IMG/VR virus record: IMGVR_UViG_3300031994_000011
Coordinates: 64,001-128,000 of that record
Direction: 5' to 3' (one strand)
DNA length: 64,000 nucleotides
Origin: a virus
Taxonomy: Duplodnaviria > Caudoviricetes
Shown here: piece after piece, positions 19,803-30,656 of the stretch
Layout of the letters: each line of letters starts with the position of its first letter
How positions within the stretch are numbered: position 1 is the first letter of the stretch
Translations under genes and position numbers: made by a program
Notes under the pieces: generated by a model
The model's input: only the letters and a program-made list of their open reading frames with translations
What the model was told of the DNA's origin: nothing
Databases searched by the model: none

Positions 19803-22181
19803 ATGCAAAAGAACGTAGATTTTCAAAATACATTAGAGGCATCGTTTCTTGCCTACGCTGCTTCGGTCGCGCAGGAACGAGCAATTCCCGATGTAAGAGA
19901 TATGCTAAAGATTGGTCTTCGTCAAGGCTTATATGCTCAATATACAAACAAATTAACTTATAAAGATAAATTTCAAAAGGCGCAAAAAAGTGTCGCAGCG
20001 GCTATGACTCAATCATATGTTCATGGTGACGCAGCGATGTATGATACTTTTATTCGCGCGGCAAGACCATGGTCCTATCGTTATCCTCTTGAAGCAGTTC
20101 AGGGTAACTATGGTAATCCTACATCACCTGATAGTCATGCTCAAGCACGTTATGTTGAAATGAAAGCCGCGGAAATATCTAGTATATTTTTTGATGGCTT
20201 AAAGAAAAATGCTATTGGCGACGAATATTATTCAAATTATGATGATACTGAAATGATTCCAAGTGTCTTCCCTTCAATTGGCTTTTGGAATATAGTTAAT
20301 GGATGCTCTGGTATTGCGGTTGCTTTAGCCACTTCAGTACCAGCTTTTAATCTTAAAGAAGTAAATAATGCGTTAATTACTTTAATTAAAAATCCAAATG
20401 CTACTTTTGATGAAATATATTGTATTCCGGATTTTCCTTGCGGCGGTACAATTATAAATCCTAGTGCTGTAAAAGAATCGTTGAAAATTGGTAAAGGCGA
20501 ATCTATTAGATTAAGAGCAACATTAAAATATATTCCTGATCAAAACATGATTCAAGCAACCGAACTTCCTCATAGTGTCTTTACTAATACTGTAATTGAT
20601 CAACTCGCTGAATTAGTAAATAACAATGAAAGTTATGGTATTGAAAGAGTAGTAGACCATACAAAAAAAGAAGCAGATATTCGTATTTATCTTTCTAAAG
20701 GCGTAAATCCAAAACGAATGATTGAAAAACTTTATAAAGATACCTCATTAGAATATTGGTATTCTGTAAATATGGTGCTTCTTGACCAAGGAAGATTCCC
20801 TAAAATTTTTGGATGGAAGACAGCTTGTGAAGCTTATATTACTCATATTCGTCTTTGTAAACGTCGTGAAATTCAATTTGATTTAGACAAAGCTCTTGCT
20901 AGAAAAAATATTGTAGAGGGCTTGATTAAAGCATATTCTATTATTGATGAAATAATTGCTTTAATTAAATCTTCAGCTAATCCAGCAGAAGCATCTGTTA
21001 AATTGATTTCTGAATATGCCTTTAATGAAGAACAAGTAAAAGCAATTCTTGCTATGAAACTTTCTTCATTAACTAAACTTGATATTGTAAAACTTAATAA
21101 TGAACTGGAAGAACTTAATGAAAAAATATCCTGGTTCCAATACTTATTAAATAACCCCTCTGCTCTAGATGAAGAACTAATAAAGATTTTAAAAGATGTA
21201 GCTGAAAAATTTGGAGACGAGAGAAGAACAAAAGTATTGAATTTAATTGATAGTAATTCTGAAGACTTGGAAGAAGTTTCAGAAGAAGAAGTTGGTATTT
21301 TACTTTTTGATAATAATATGTTGCGCGTGGTAAAAAGAGATGATATTCAGGGCGCAAAGCGGGGAAGAAAAGGAACTAATATTAAACCTCCTAAAGGCGC
21401 AAATCTAATAAATACCTTGTATACAACTACACTTGGAACTGTTGCTGCTTTCACAAATGCGGGCCGTATGTATAATTTTAATCTCTCGGATATTGATTGT
21501 GATAAAGATTATTCAATTTATGAACTAATCAATGTTCAAGGAGATGAAAAAATTATACTTCTCACTGATATGACTTCTTTTAATGCTTATCATAATTTAA
21601 TTACAGTAAGTAAAAATGGATACATTAAAAAAAGTAAAATCAGTGAATATAATACAAAAATAAAGAAAGGCGTAGTAGCAGTAAAACTGGAAGATAAAGA
21701 TAGTCTTGTGGGAGTATTTCTATCTAGAAATGAAAAAGATAGAATGTTTATTGCCGGTTCTGGCGGGAACTATAATTTCTATAAAGTAGAAGAAATTTCT
21801 GCTACTGGTCGCGCGACTAAAGGCGTAAAAGCAATTAAATTAAATACGGGAGAATTTATTCAGTCAGTAACTATAGTAAAAGAAGATATTCCTTACAGGG
21901 GAATTTTAACTATTACTTCGTCTGGTAAAGGTAAAATAACTTCAATTGAAGATTTTCCAGAAACAAGTCGTGGAATAAAAGGACCACAAGTTATGGCAAC
22001 TAAAGAAGAAAAACTTTCTGTGGTCTATGCCGTTCCTGATACACAAGAAAAAATCTTTATTTCTACTAATAATAAAGCCGTATTATTGAATATAGAATCA
22101 ATTCCAGTTCAAAATAGAATTACAACTGGAGTACGCATTATAGATGCGAGGGACAGTAACACAACTATTGAGATTATGTAA
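19803..22181 (+). CDS. gyrA: Type IIA topoisomerase subunit A (GyrA/ParC)
   Basis: RAIPDVRD, HGD, QARY (catalytic Tyr), NG..GIAV, C-terminal pinwheel repeats (R.TKGV). Confidence 0.93.
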   Translation: MQKNVDFQNTLEASFLAYAASVAQERAIPDVRDMLKIGLRQGLYAQYTNKLTYKDKFQKAQKSVAAAMTQSYVHGDAAMYDTFIRAARPWSYRYPLEAVQGNYGNPTSPDSHAQARYVEMKAAEISSIFFDGLKKNAIGDEYYSNYDDTEMIPSVFPSIGFWNIVNGCSGIAVALATSVPAFNLKEVNNALITLIKNPNATFDEIYCIPDFPCGGTIINPSAVKESLKIGKGESIRLRATLKYIPDQNMIQATELPHSVFTNTVIDQLAELVNNNESYGIERVVDHTKKEADIRIYLSKGVNPKRMIEKLYKDTSLEYWYSVNMVLLDQGRFPKIFGWKTACEAYITHIRLCKRREIQFDLDKALARKNIVEGLIKAYSIIDEIIALIKSSANPAEASVKLISEYAFNEEQVKAILAMKLSSLTKLDIVKLNNELEELNEKISWFQYLLNNPSALDEELIKILKDVAEKFGDERRTKVLNLIDSNSEDLEEVSEEEVGILLFDNNMLRVVKRDDIQGAKRGRKGTNIKPPKGANLINTLYTTTLGTVAAFTNAGRMYNFNLSDIDCDKDYSIYELINVQGDEKIILLTDMTSFNAYHNLITVSKNGYIKKSKISEYNTKIKKGVVAVKLEDKDSLVGVFLSRNEKDRMFIAGSGGNYNFYKVEEISATGRATKGVKAIKLNTGEFIQSVTIVKEDIPYRGILTITSSGKGKITSIEDFPETSRGIKGPQVMATKEEKLSVVYAVPDTQEKIFISTNNKAVLLNIESIPVQNRITTGVRIIDARDSNTTIEIM

Positions 22182-22193
22182 AGGAGAATAAAA

Positions 22194-22655
22194 ATGGATA
22201 AACATTATCTAAAACTTTTTACTTAGCTAGCTCATACTATTGAAGTTCTTGCTGAACAGGTGATTTCTATTAACCATGATAAGAAAGATGAAAAAGGTGA
22301 AGAGACTGCTACTATCATGCGCGATGATTATCAGCAACTTTATGATAGAATGCGTCAGGCTGATTTTGACCCGGTTACACTTTCTAAGCGAGACTATGCT
22401 CGTTTCCTTGTCGGCGCGATTATAGTAGTTCAGCAAATTGAAACTCGTATTGAGAATGAAAAGAAAGCTATTTCTGGCTATAAAATTGATTTAATTCCTA
22501 AACTTGAAAGAATTATAAATGAAATTAAAGAAGGGGAAGAAGATAAATTACCAGCTTTAATTTCAGAGCTATTTGAAATCAAGCCAGAAGAAAAGACAGA
22601 AACTAATTCTTCTAATGAAGAAAAAGTTAAAGAAAAAGAAAAGTCTAATAATTGA
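22194..22655 (+). CDS. Hypothetical protein (TAG at 22224)
   Basis: AGGAG RBS before ATG 22194; MDKHYLKLFT*LAHT continues into the track ORF. Confidence 0.75.
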
Positions 22656-22800
22656 CTAAAAGCAAAAATTACGCTATAATATAATTGTTGAAAGGGAGAA
22701 AAAGTCCTTCAACCTCGGTAAAAAGAAAAAATTATTATTTGACTTTTTACGAAAAATACATTATAATAGATATATAAGAAGGCGGGAGACTGACTTCTTA
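22652..22800 (+). promoter_or_regulatory. Tandem SigA promoters, each followed by a hairpin
   Basis: TTGACT 22652/TATAAT 22675 and TTGACT 22739/TATAAT 22762. Confidence 0.75.
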
Positions 22801-22841
22801 ATATAAAAAAATATTTTAAAAAGAAAAAGGAGATTATTACT

Positions 22842-23159
22842 ATGACTGTTAATAGCGAACTCGTACTAAACTATCTAAAGAAAGAATTTGGCAAGGAACA
22901 TACAAAGCAGGAAATCGCCGAGACTCTAGGCATTTCTCTCCCCGCCGTAACCGGTAGTGTTAATTCTTTAAGGACTAAGGGTTATGTCTCTGAGCGTGTT
23001 GAAGAAGTTGAACTTGAACCCGCAACTGAAACCCGCAAGGCTAAGATGAAGGTTATTCGTTATGAAACTCTAACTGAAGCTGGTCTATCCTATGATCCTC
23101 AGGTTGAGGCTGAGCAGAAGGCTGCTGAAAAGGCCGCGAAGAAGGCTGCTAAGGCTTGA
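22842..23159 (+). CDS. Winged-HTH DNA-binding protein
   Basis: VLNYLK..T.QEIAETLGIS..AV.GSVNSL..KGYV; Lys/Ala-rich tail. Confidence 0.75.
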   Translation: MTVNSELVLNYLKKEFGKEHTKQEIAETLGISLPAVTGSVNSLRTKGYVSERVEEVELEPATETRKAKMKVIRYETLTEAGLSYDPQVEAEQKAAEKAAKKAAKA

Positions 23160-23176
23160 TGGAAGGCTTGATGGAA

Positions 23177-23231
23177 GGCAGTCCGAAAGGGCTGCTTTTT
23201 ATTTGACTAATAATAAAATTTGAAATATAAT
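23177..23231 (+). terminator. Terminator fused to promoter
   Basis: GGCAGTCC-GAAA-GGGCTGCT plus T-tract; TTGACT 23203/TATAAT 23226. Confidence 0.78.
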
Positions 23232-23269
23232 AATATTGTAAAAGATAAAAAATAAAGGAGAAAAAAATT

Positions 23270-24166
23270 ATGAAGAATATTCTTGAACAGGCAATGAATA
23301 AAGTAAATGTAGTAGGGAAACTTCTTTAGGCGGCTGTATTTGATGGTTCTCTGAAGGATGGAAGAAAATATCTAAGAGCTAATCTTACTATTAAAGTGAC
23401 GCAGACTTATGGTGGACGTGAAGAAGTAAGTGAAATTCCTGTAAGCATGTTTGCTGCACAGTATACTAATGATGGTCGTCCCAATCCGGGTTATAGTCAG
23501 ATTCAGGACCTTACTAATATGAAGAGCGCGCAGACCGTAGGTTATGATAATGCTGATGTAGTTAGAATTAGCGGCGCAAATCTTCGTGAAAATAACTTTG
23601 TTTCAAAGAGTGGTCAGCTAATTGATGGTTGGCAGATTAACACTTCTTTTATCAACCTTGGTAAAGGTGACGGTGTAGCTTCTTTCGCTGCTGATATTTT
23701 TATTATGGATATGAGTCGTGAAACTGACCGTGATGGTGATGAAACTGGACGTCTTATTATTAAGGGCGGCCTAGTCCAGTATGGTGGACGCCTTGATGTT
23801 GTGGAATTTGTTGTTGAAAATCCTGAAGCAGTTGATTTTGTTGAACGTAATTGGAATATTAATGATACTGTTGGAGTTAAGGGTCGTATTCGTGTAAGCT
23901 CTAGAGAAGAAAAAGCGTCTGGTGCTTCTAGTTCTTGGGGTGAAGATGTCCCTGATATGACTACTAGAACTATTAGGGAACTAGTTATTACGACAGGTAA
24001 TGACGAAGGCAAGGAAGAAGAATTTGCTTATGATCCTGCTGATATTAAGAAAGCTTTTAATGTAAGAAAGGCAAATATTGAGCAGCTACAGATTGATGCT
24101 AAGAACGCAAGTGCTAAGAAACCTGCAGCTCCGGCAGCTACTGCCTCTAAGTATAGCTGGGAGTAA
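23270..24166 (+). CDS. Putative ssDNA-binding (OB-fold) protein (TAG at 23327)
   Basis: AGGAG RBS; NKVNVVGKLL*; beta-rich; aromatic/acidic C-terminus; lies upstream of AAA ATPase and helicase. Confidence 0.6.
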
Positions 24167-24197
24167 TCCCAGCTATTTCTTATAAGGAGGGATATAA

Positions 24198-25208
24198 ATG
24201 GCAAAGATAAATTTAGCAGAATTACAGCCAACAAGATTATGTAAAGATTTACGTGGACGATTTGTTGAAATTTTCGGTCGTGAAAAAGCAGGAAAAACAA
24301 GTACTGCTGTGTTGTGGCCGCGCCCGCTACTTTGCGCCTTTGAAATTGGTTATCACGCATTAGCAAATATATATGCTGCAGATATTGATAATTGGAGCAC
24401 TTTTAAAGATATCTGTCGTCAGTTAAAAAAGCAAGAATTTAAAGAACGTTTTGAAACTATTATTATAGATACTGTTGGCATAGCTTATAGTATGTGTGAA
24501 GACTATATAAAGCAACAGCAGGGAGTCACAGAAATTTCTGAAATTCCTTGGGGTCGCGGTTTTAAAATGTTGCGTGAAGAGTTTGAGAAAACTTTTAGAG
24601 AACTTTCTAAACAAGGATATGCTATTGTTTTTATTGCTCATTCAAAAACAAAAACCACAGATGTAACAGATAGTGAAGGAAATAAACTTGAACAAATTAG
24701 TCCTAATTTACCACCAGCATGTGCTGAGGCAGTAAATGGCTTAGTTGATATTATTGCTTATTTAGGAGTAGAATATGATGAAAATCGTAATGCTACTCGT
24801 TGGTTATATTTAAGAGAAACTCCCACTATTTTTGCGGGATCAAGATATAGAGCGATTGTGCCTAAAATTCCTTTAAGTTATGATGGTTTAGTAAAAGCAG
24901 TGGCGGACGCTATGGAAGAAGAAGCTAAAATTACTGGTACTAGTTTTATGACTGAAGAAGAATTAAATAACTCTAATATTGAGAAGCCAGAAGCTTCTTT
25001 TCAAGAGGTAATGACAGAAGCTAAAGAATTGTGGAGTAGATATTTAGATGCTGCTAATTCTCAGGAAGAAAAAGACATAAGATTAAATACAATGCAAGCG
25101 ATCATTTCTAAAATTTTTGGCGGAAATGGCTTTAAACTAAGTCAAGCAATACCGCAGCAAAAATCTTTAGTAGAATTATTTAATGCAGAAATGGAAGATA
25201 TTATATAA
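24198..25208 (+). CDS. AAA_24/Sak4-like ATPase
   Basis: GREKAGKT, TIIIDT, VFIAH. Confidence 0.82.
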   Translation: MAKINLAELQPTRLCKDLRGRFVEIFGREKAGKTSTAVLWPRPLLCAFEIGYHALANIYAADIDNWSTFKDICRQLKKQEFKERFETIIIDTVGIAYSMCEDYIKQQQGVTEISEIPWGRGFKMLREEFEKTFRELSKQGYAIVFIAHSKTKTTDVTDSEGNKLEQISPNLPPACAEAVNGLVDIIAYLGVEYDENRNATRWLYLRETPTIFAGSRYRAIVPKIPLSYDGLVKAVADAMEEEAKITGTSFMTEEELNNSNIEKPEASFQEVMTEAKELWSRYLDAANSQEEKDIRLNTMQAIISKIFGGNGFKLSQAIPQQKSLVELFNAEMEDII

Positions 25209-25220
25209 AAAATTTTTATT

Positions 25221-25277
25221 GGGCTTATGTGGAAACATAAGCTCTTTTTTGACTTTTTTTGAATTTTATGTTATAAT
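25221..25277 (+). terminator. Terminator fused to promoter
   Basis: GGGCTTATGT-ggaa-ACATAAGCTC plus T-tract; TTGACT 25249/TATAAT 25272. Confidence 0.78.
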
Positions 25278-25313
25278 ATAAATAGAGCATGAAATAGAAA
25301 GGAGTTTATATGT

Positions 25314-25802
25314 ATGAGTGATACGTTAAAATGCTTTGAATGTAAGCAATCATTTAGAAAAGAAGAATTGGTTTTTTATACTCCAATCTCTGCTAAAATT
25401 GGACATAATTATTGTATTAAATGTCTACAGGAAAAACAGCAAAGAGAAAAGTTCTCAAATAAAGTATGTGAGATTTTTGGTTTGAAGTCTCCAGGGCCTC
25501 GTATTTGGACTGAGAGAAAACGTTTAATTAACACTTATGGATATACAGATGACGTAATAGTAAATTGTTTAGATTATATTTATAATGTAGACAAAAAGAA
25601 AAAGTTATCTGAATCACTTTGTTTAGTTAATCCAACTACAGTAAATAGAATGATGAACTATCATCGTTCTGAAGAAAATAAAATTAAACGCATGGCTAAC
25701 ATGATTGCAGAAACTGAACAAATTAAACCGCACATTGTTCCAATAGAAAAGAAAGAAAATAAAAAGCAATCATGGGATTCGGATGAATGGCTTGATGATT
25801 AA
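25314..25802 (+). CDS. Zn-finger protein, possible helicase loader
   Basis: CFEC..HNYC..C; precedes the helicase. Confidence 0.55.
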   Translation: MSDTLKCFECKQSFRKEELVFYTPISAKIGHNYCIKCLQEKQQREKFSNKVCEIFGLKSPGPRIWTERKRLINTYGYTDDVIVNCLDYIYNVDKKKKLSESLCLVNPTTVNRMMNYHRSEENKIKRMANMIAETEQIKPHIVPIEKKENKKQSWDSDEWLDD

Positions 25803-25814
25803 GGAGGGTTTTAA

Positions 25815-27419
25815 TTGACATTATCAGATAAAATGGCATACCGTCAAATTATCGGTTGTTTAATGAAAAACCCGCTTCTTTTTTTAGAATATATAGATAT
25901 AGTACCAACTGATTTTGATATAAAAGTCGCGCGAATTTGCTTTATAAATATTAGAAAGCTTTATGATGAAGGCGCGACTGTATTAACTCCAATTGAAGTA
26001 GATCAAGAAATTGAAAAACATGAAAATAGCGCAGAAATTTATAAAAAAGAAGGCGGGCTAGACTTTTTAAAAACAGCGTATGAATTTGCCGAGCCAACTA
26101 ACTTTAAAATGTATTATACTCGTTTAAAAAAATATGCGCTATTAAGAAGGCTATATAAAGAGAAGTATGATATAAGCGAATTTTATATAGATGATAAAGA
26201 TATAGATGATCCATTAAAAGCATTAAGTATACAAGAGCATTTTGATGAATCAAGTCTTGAAGATATTTTAAATTCAATTGAGGGTAGATATAATATTATT
26301 AGAAATGAGTTCTTAAATGGTGGGCGCGCAAAAGGTGATCCAGCAGAAGGAATTACAGAACTTATTGAAGAGTTACAACGTACTCCTAATATGGGACCAA
26401 GCTTAGAAGGAAGAATATTTAGTAGCGTATGTAGAGGAGCAAGACAAGGATGCTTTTATTTAAAAAGTGCTTCTTCTGGTTGTGGTAAGTCAAGAGGAAG
26501 TGTATTTGATGCCTGTCATTTAGCTTATCCTATAAGATGGTCATATGATGATGAAACTTTCGTTCAAGCTATGGATTATAAAGGAGATCCAGTTGAACCA
26601 GAAAAAGTATTATTTATCGTAACAGAGATGGATAAAGAAGAATTACAAACGATTATTCTAGCTTATCTATCTGGAGTTGATGAAGGACATATTTTAACTG
26701 GTAGATATGATTGGGGAGAATTATCAAGGGTTGAATATGCCGCACAAATAATTAAAAAATATAGCGGTTATTTTTTAATTGAAGAAATAAGTGAACCGAA
26801 TCTTGTTAATATACAAGCAACAATTAAAAAATATGCGACTATAGAAAATGTTAAATTTGTATTTTACGATTATATTCATACAACCGCGGCCTTAGTTAAT
26901 GAATTTTCAAAAAACGGGCTGCGAGAAGATGTCGTACTTATGCTTCTCTCAAATCAACTTAAACAGTTAGCAAAGGATTATAATTTATTCATTATGTCAG
27001 CAACTCAAGTTAATGCTAACGCAATGGCTGAAGATGGTGAATTTAAAAATGAAACTAGTATAAGAGCTTCAAAAGCAATTGTAGATAAAGCTGACGTAGC
27101 AATGGTTATGACCAGAGTGAACGATAAAATCTGGAATAGTTTAATGCCACAATTAAAGATTGGGGTAAGAGAAAATTTAATAGATCCTAAGATTATTGAA
27201 GATTCAAATTATAAACCAACGCATATTATTGATATATATAAAATGCGAAGAGGAAGATATAAAAATGTTAGAATATGGATAAGTCTTCATCTTGGCACTG
27301 GAAGAAGAAAAGATTTATTTATAACCTCAGCAGATAATCAACCATTAGGAGAAATTCCTGATTTATTTGAAACTTCAACTTTCGTTCCAATACTTAATTG
27401 GAAAGAAGGGATAAAATGA
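25815..27419 (+). CDS. DnaB-like replicative helicase
   Basis: Walker A SGCGKS, TEM, FYDYIH, LK.LA, SATQ, K.RRG. Confidence 0.85.
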   Translation: MTLSDKMAYRQIIGCLMKNPLLFLEYIDIVPTDFDIKVARICFINIRKLYDEGATVLTPIEVDQEIEKHENSAEIYKKEGGLDFLKTAYEFAEPTNFKMYYTRLKKYALLRRLYKEKYDISEFYIDDKDIDDPLKALSIQEHFDESSLEDILNSIEGRYNIIRNEFLNGGRAKGDPAEGITELIEELQRTPNMGPSLEGRIFSSVCRGARQGCFYLKSASSGCGKSRGSVFDACHLAYPIRWSYDDETFVQAMDYKGDPVEPEKVLFIVTEMDKEELQTIILAYLSGVDEGHILTGRYDWGELSRVEYAAQIIKKYSGYFLIEEISEPNLVNIQATIKKYATIENVKFVFYDYIHTTAALVNEFSKNGLREDVVLMLLSNQLKQLAKDYNLFIMSATQVNANAMAEDGEFKNETSIRASKAIVDKADVAMVMTRVNDKIWNSLMPQLKIGVRENLIDPKIIEDSNYKPTHIIDIYKMRRGRYKNVRIWISLHLGTGRRKDLFITSADNQPLGEIPDLFETSTFVPILNWKEGIK

Positions 27420-28540
27420 TTTCTACATTAAAAAATCAAGATGAAGAATTAAACTATATAAATATTACTAAACAAGATATCTTTAAATCTATAACTTTAG
27501 AAGATGTTAAAAATTTTCTTGAAAGTTTAGGTGTTTCTAAGATTATTGTAAATGAAAATAAAAATTATATAGTTTGTCCTACAATATGTCATAATCCAAT
27601 AGAATATGCTGAATCAATGAAACTTTATTGGTATCAAGACCATAAAATCTTTCGTTGTTATACTGAATGTGATGAAAGTATGACAATTTTTAAATTATAT
27701 CAGAAATTTATTAAAGTAAATGAAAATAAAGAAATTTCTGAAGAAGAAGCAATTAAATATGTAGCAAAATGTTTAAATCATTTAGTTCAAGAACAAACGC
27801 CAATAGAAAAGAAAATAGATATTGATTTTGAGAAATATCAGTTCGATAAAAATATTCCACAACTTCCAGCTTATTCATCTGCTTTGTTAGGATGCTTTAC
27901 ACATTATTATCATCCATTATGGCTAAAGGATGGTATAAAAAAAGAAGTTATGGATAAATTTAAAATTTCATTTTCAATTAGCCAAAATAAAATTATTATT
28001 CCACATTTTGATATAGATGGTAGATTAGTAGGAATAAGAGGTCGCGCGCTAAATGAAGAAGATATTGCTTTAGGTAAATATCGTCCAATACAAATTGGGA
28101 CTACTACTTATTCACATCAGTTACAGTTTAATTTGTATGGAATATATGAACATAAAAAGGGTATTATCGCGCGCAGACAAGCCATAATTTCAGAAGGCGA
28201 AAAATCTGTAATGCTTGATGATGGATATTATGGCGAATTTAGCAATTGCGTAGCCTGTTGCGGCTCTACATTTAATAAATATCAAATTAGTATGTTAACT
28301 GATATATTAGGCGCAAACGAAATTATAGTAGCGCTGGATAAAGAATACGATGATTGGCGTTCACTTCGTGCGAAAAAATATAGAGAAAAAATAGAAAAGA
28401 TGTGTAGAAGATATACAAATCAAGCATCATTTTCTTATATTTGGGATTATGATAATCTTTTAAATGAAAAAGATTCTCCTTTTGATAGAGGAAAAGAAGT
28501 TTTTGAAAAACTTTATAAAAGCAGAGTAAAAATTAGATGA
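27416..28540 (+). CDS. DNA primase
   Basis: Zn-binding TICHN..CYTEC, IIIPH..G.LVGIRGR, TOPRIM EGEKS and ALD. Confidence 0.87.
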   Translation: MISTLKNQDEELNYINITKQDIFKSITLEDVKNFLESLGVSKIIVNENKNYIVCPTICHNPIEYAESMKLYWYQDHKIFRCYTECDESMTIFKLYQKFIKVNENKEISEEEAIKYVAKCLNHLVQEQTPIEKKIDIDFEKYQFDKNIPQLPAYSSALLGCFTHYYHPLWLKDGIKKEVMDKFKISFSISQNKIIIPHFDIDGRLVGIRGRALNEEDIALGKYRPIQIGTTTYSHQLQFNLYGIYEHKKGIIARRQAIISEGEKSVMLDDGYYGEFSNCVACCGSTFNKYQISMLTDILGANEIIVALDKEYDDWRSLRAKKYREKIEKMCRRYTNQASFSYIWDYDNLLNEKDSPFDRGKEVFEKLYKSRVKIR

Positions 28541-28554
28541 AAGGAGTAATGTAA

Positions 28555-30609
28555 ATGAAATATAAACTAAGAAAAAATTTTACAAAAGACCCAGAAAATG
28601 CTATATATGAAATACTTACAGATAGGGGAGTAGAGGATTTACAAAATTTTATACATCCTAATGAAGGATGCGAATTAGATTCACATGACTTAAATAATAT
28701 TGAAGCCGCCGCAGATAAATTACTTTCTCATTTGAGAAAAAATAGTAGTATACTAATTGTAGTGGATTAACGTCATAGTCCACTTTAAACCGGTTAAATT
28801 GCGGGAAGTTCCTTAGAGCCTTAACAACCAAATTAAAATAGTAATATTTTAATGGCGAGGTTAGCGACCAAGGTAAGGTAAAATCGTTAAGGATTGGATA
28901 ACCAGACGCAGCGAAGTTTCTTATTACAAGAAAAACGTTCAACGACTATAATACCGGACATATTTTATATGTATTGTATAGTCTAATCCCTAAAAATTCT
29001 TATTCAAGAATTATTAAAAATACGATGAAAATCGGGGTATATAATGTGCGACGCAGATGGTTTTACAAGTAGTTCTATTTTATGGCTTTACATTAAACAT
29101 ATTTTCCCTAAAGCTAATTTAGATTTTACAGTTCATGAGCATAAACAACATGGACTGGATGACAAAATAGACTGGATTAGTAATGAAGCAAAATGGGATT
29201 TAGTCGTTGTTCCAGATGCTGGAAGTTACGATGTTGAAGAACATAGGATTCTTAATGATATAGGAATTGATGTTATTGTATTAGACCACCACGAACAATT
29301 ATATGATGAAAACGGAAAACCAATTATTTCAAAAGCTCCTAAAACTATTGTTGTAAATAATCAATTATCTCCAAATTATAAAAATAAATCTTTATGTGGC
29401 GCGGGCGTAGTATATAAATTCTGTGAGGTTTTAGATGAAAAATTAGGAATAAATCAAGCAAGTAATTATATTGATTTAGCTGCCTTAGGAGAAATTGCTG
29501 ATGTAATGAATAAAGCAGATACAGAAACAAATTATATCATGCAGGAAGGGCTATCTCACATAAAAAATAAAGGCTTCCAAACTTTAATAGAAGCTCAATC
29601 TTTTTCACTAAAAGAGAAAGCCAAGTATCCGTATCCAGGATTAACAACAACAGATATTGCTTTTTATATTGCGCCATTGATAAATGCTATTACTAGAGTT
29701 GGAACATTAGATGATAAAAGAACAATGTTCTATTGTTTTATTGACCCGATGAAAGAAGTTCCTAGTACAAAACGCGGTGCAAAAATTGGTGATATAGAAT
29801 ATGCCGCAGAAAAGACTGCTAGAGTTGGTGCTAACGCAAAATCAAGGCAGAATAAAATAAAAGAAAAAGCAATTGATTTGATTGATTTTAAAATCAAAAG
29901 AGATAAGCTAGATGAAAACAATATTATAATAGTTGAATTAACAAATGCTGATGACATTCCTCAAGAAATGACTGGCTTAATTGCTATGGCGGTAGTAACT
30001 AAATATCATAAACCATGTCTTATTGGAAGGAAAAATGAAAAAACTAATTATTTCCAAGGTAGCGCGCGAAGTGATGGAAACTTTATATCCATGCCAAGCT
30101 TGAAAAAGTTCTTAGAGGAAAGTGGATATTTCATCTATGTTGCGGGTCATGAAAACGCTTTCGGGCATGGTATAGACTATGATAATATTGGTTTATTTAC
30201 TAAATATGCTAATTCTACTTTATCGCCAGCTGACTTTGAAAATTGTTATATAGTAGATTATATATTAGATGCTCGTGATGATAATTATGAATTACTAGAC
30301 ACTCTAGGAAGATATCCAGAATATTTTGGTAATCAAATTGATAAAATTACAGTAGTAGTAGAAAATATTTCATTAGAAAACATTCAATTGATGGGCGCAG
30401 ATAAAGATAGTATAAAAATTAGTTTTAATGGAATAGATTATGTAAAATTTAAAGATATGAATTTTATTGAAGAAGTAATGTCTAATAGGCTAAAAGAACT
30501 TACTATTAAAGGCAGCGTTAATTTAAATACATGGGGCGGGCGCACTACAGTTCAATGCTTTATCGAAGATTATGAATTTAAATGTGATGATCATAAATAT
30601 GATTTTTGA
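28555..30609 (+). CDS. recJ: RecJ-like DHH exonuclease, spliced (exons 28555-28767 and 29047-30609)
   Basis: Splicing restores IVVD|CDADG (motif I); DHH, GAGV, GSARS, AGH follow. Confidence 0.9.
28768..29046 (+). mobile_element. Group I intron without ORF (279 nt)
   Basis: P1: exon AGTGGAT pairs with GTCCACT (28778-84), U.G at the splice site. Core elements AATTGCGGGAA, ACGCAGCG, GTTCAACGACTA, TATAGTCT; terminal G at 29046. Confidence 0.9.
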
Positions 30610-30634
30610 CTTTTGGTATAAATTATGCTATAAT
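30606..30634 (+). promoter_or_regulatory. SigA-type promoter for dnaE
   Basis: TTGACT-N17-TATAAT with TG. Confidence 0.75.
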
Positions 30635-30656
30635 ATGATTAAAAGGAGATGATAAA

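Noticed and set aside
23151-23179. Tandem AAGGCTTGATGG duplication at the stop of the wHTH gene
   Set aside because: Two 12-bp copies, most simply replication slippage, with no evident function.
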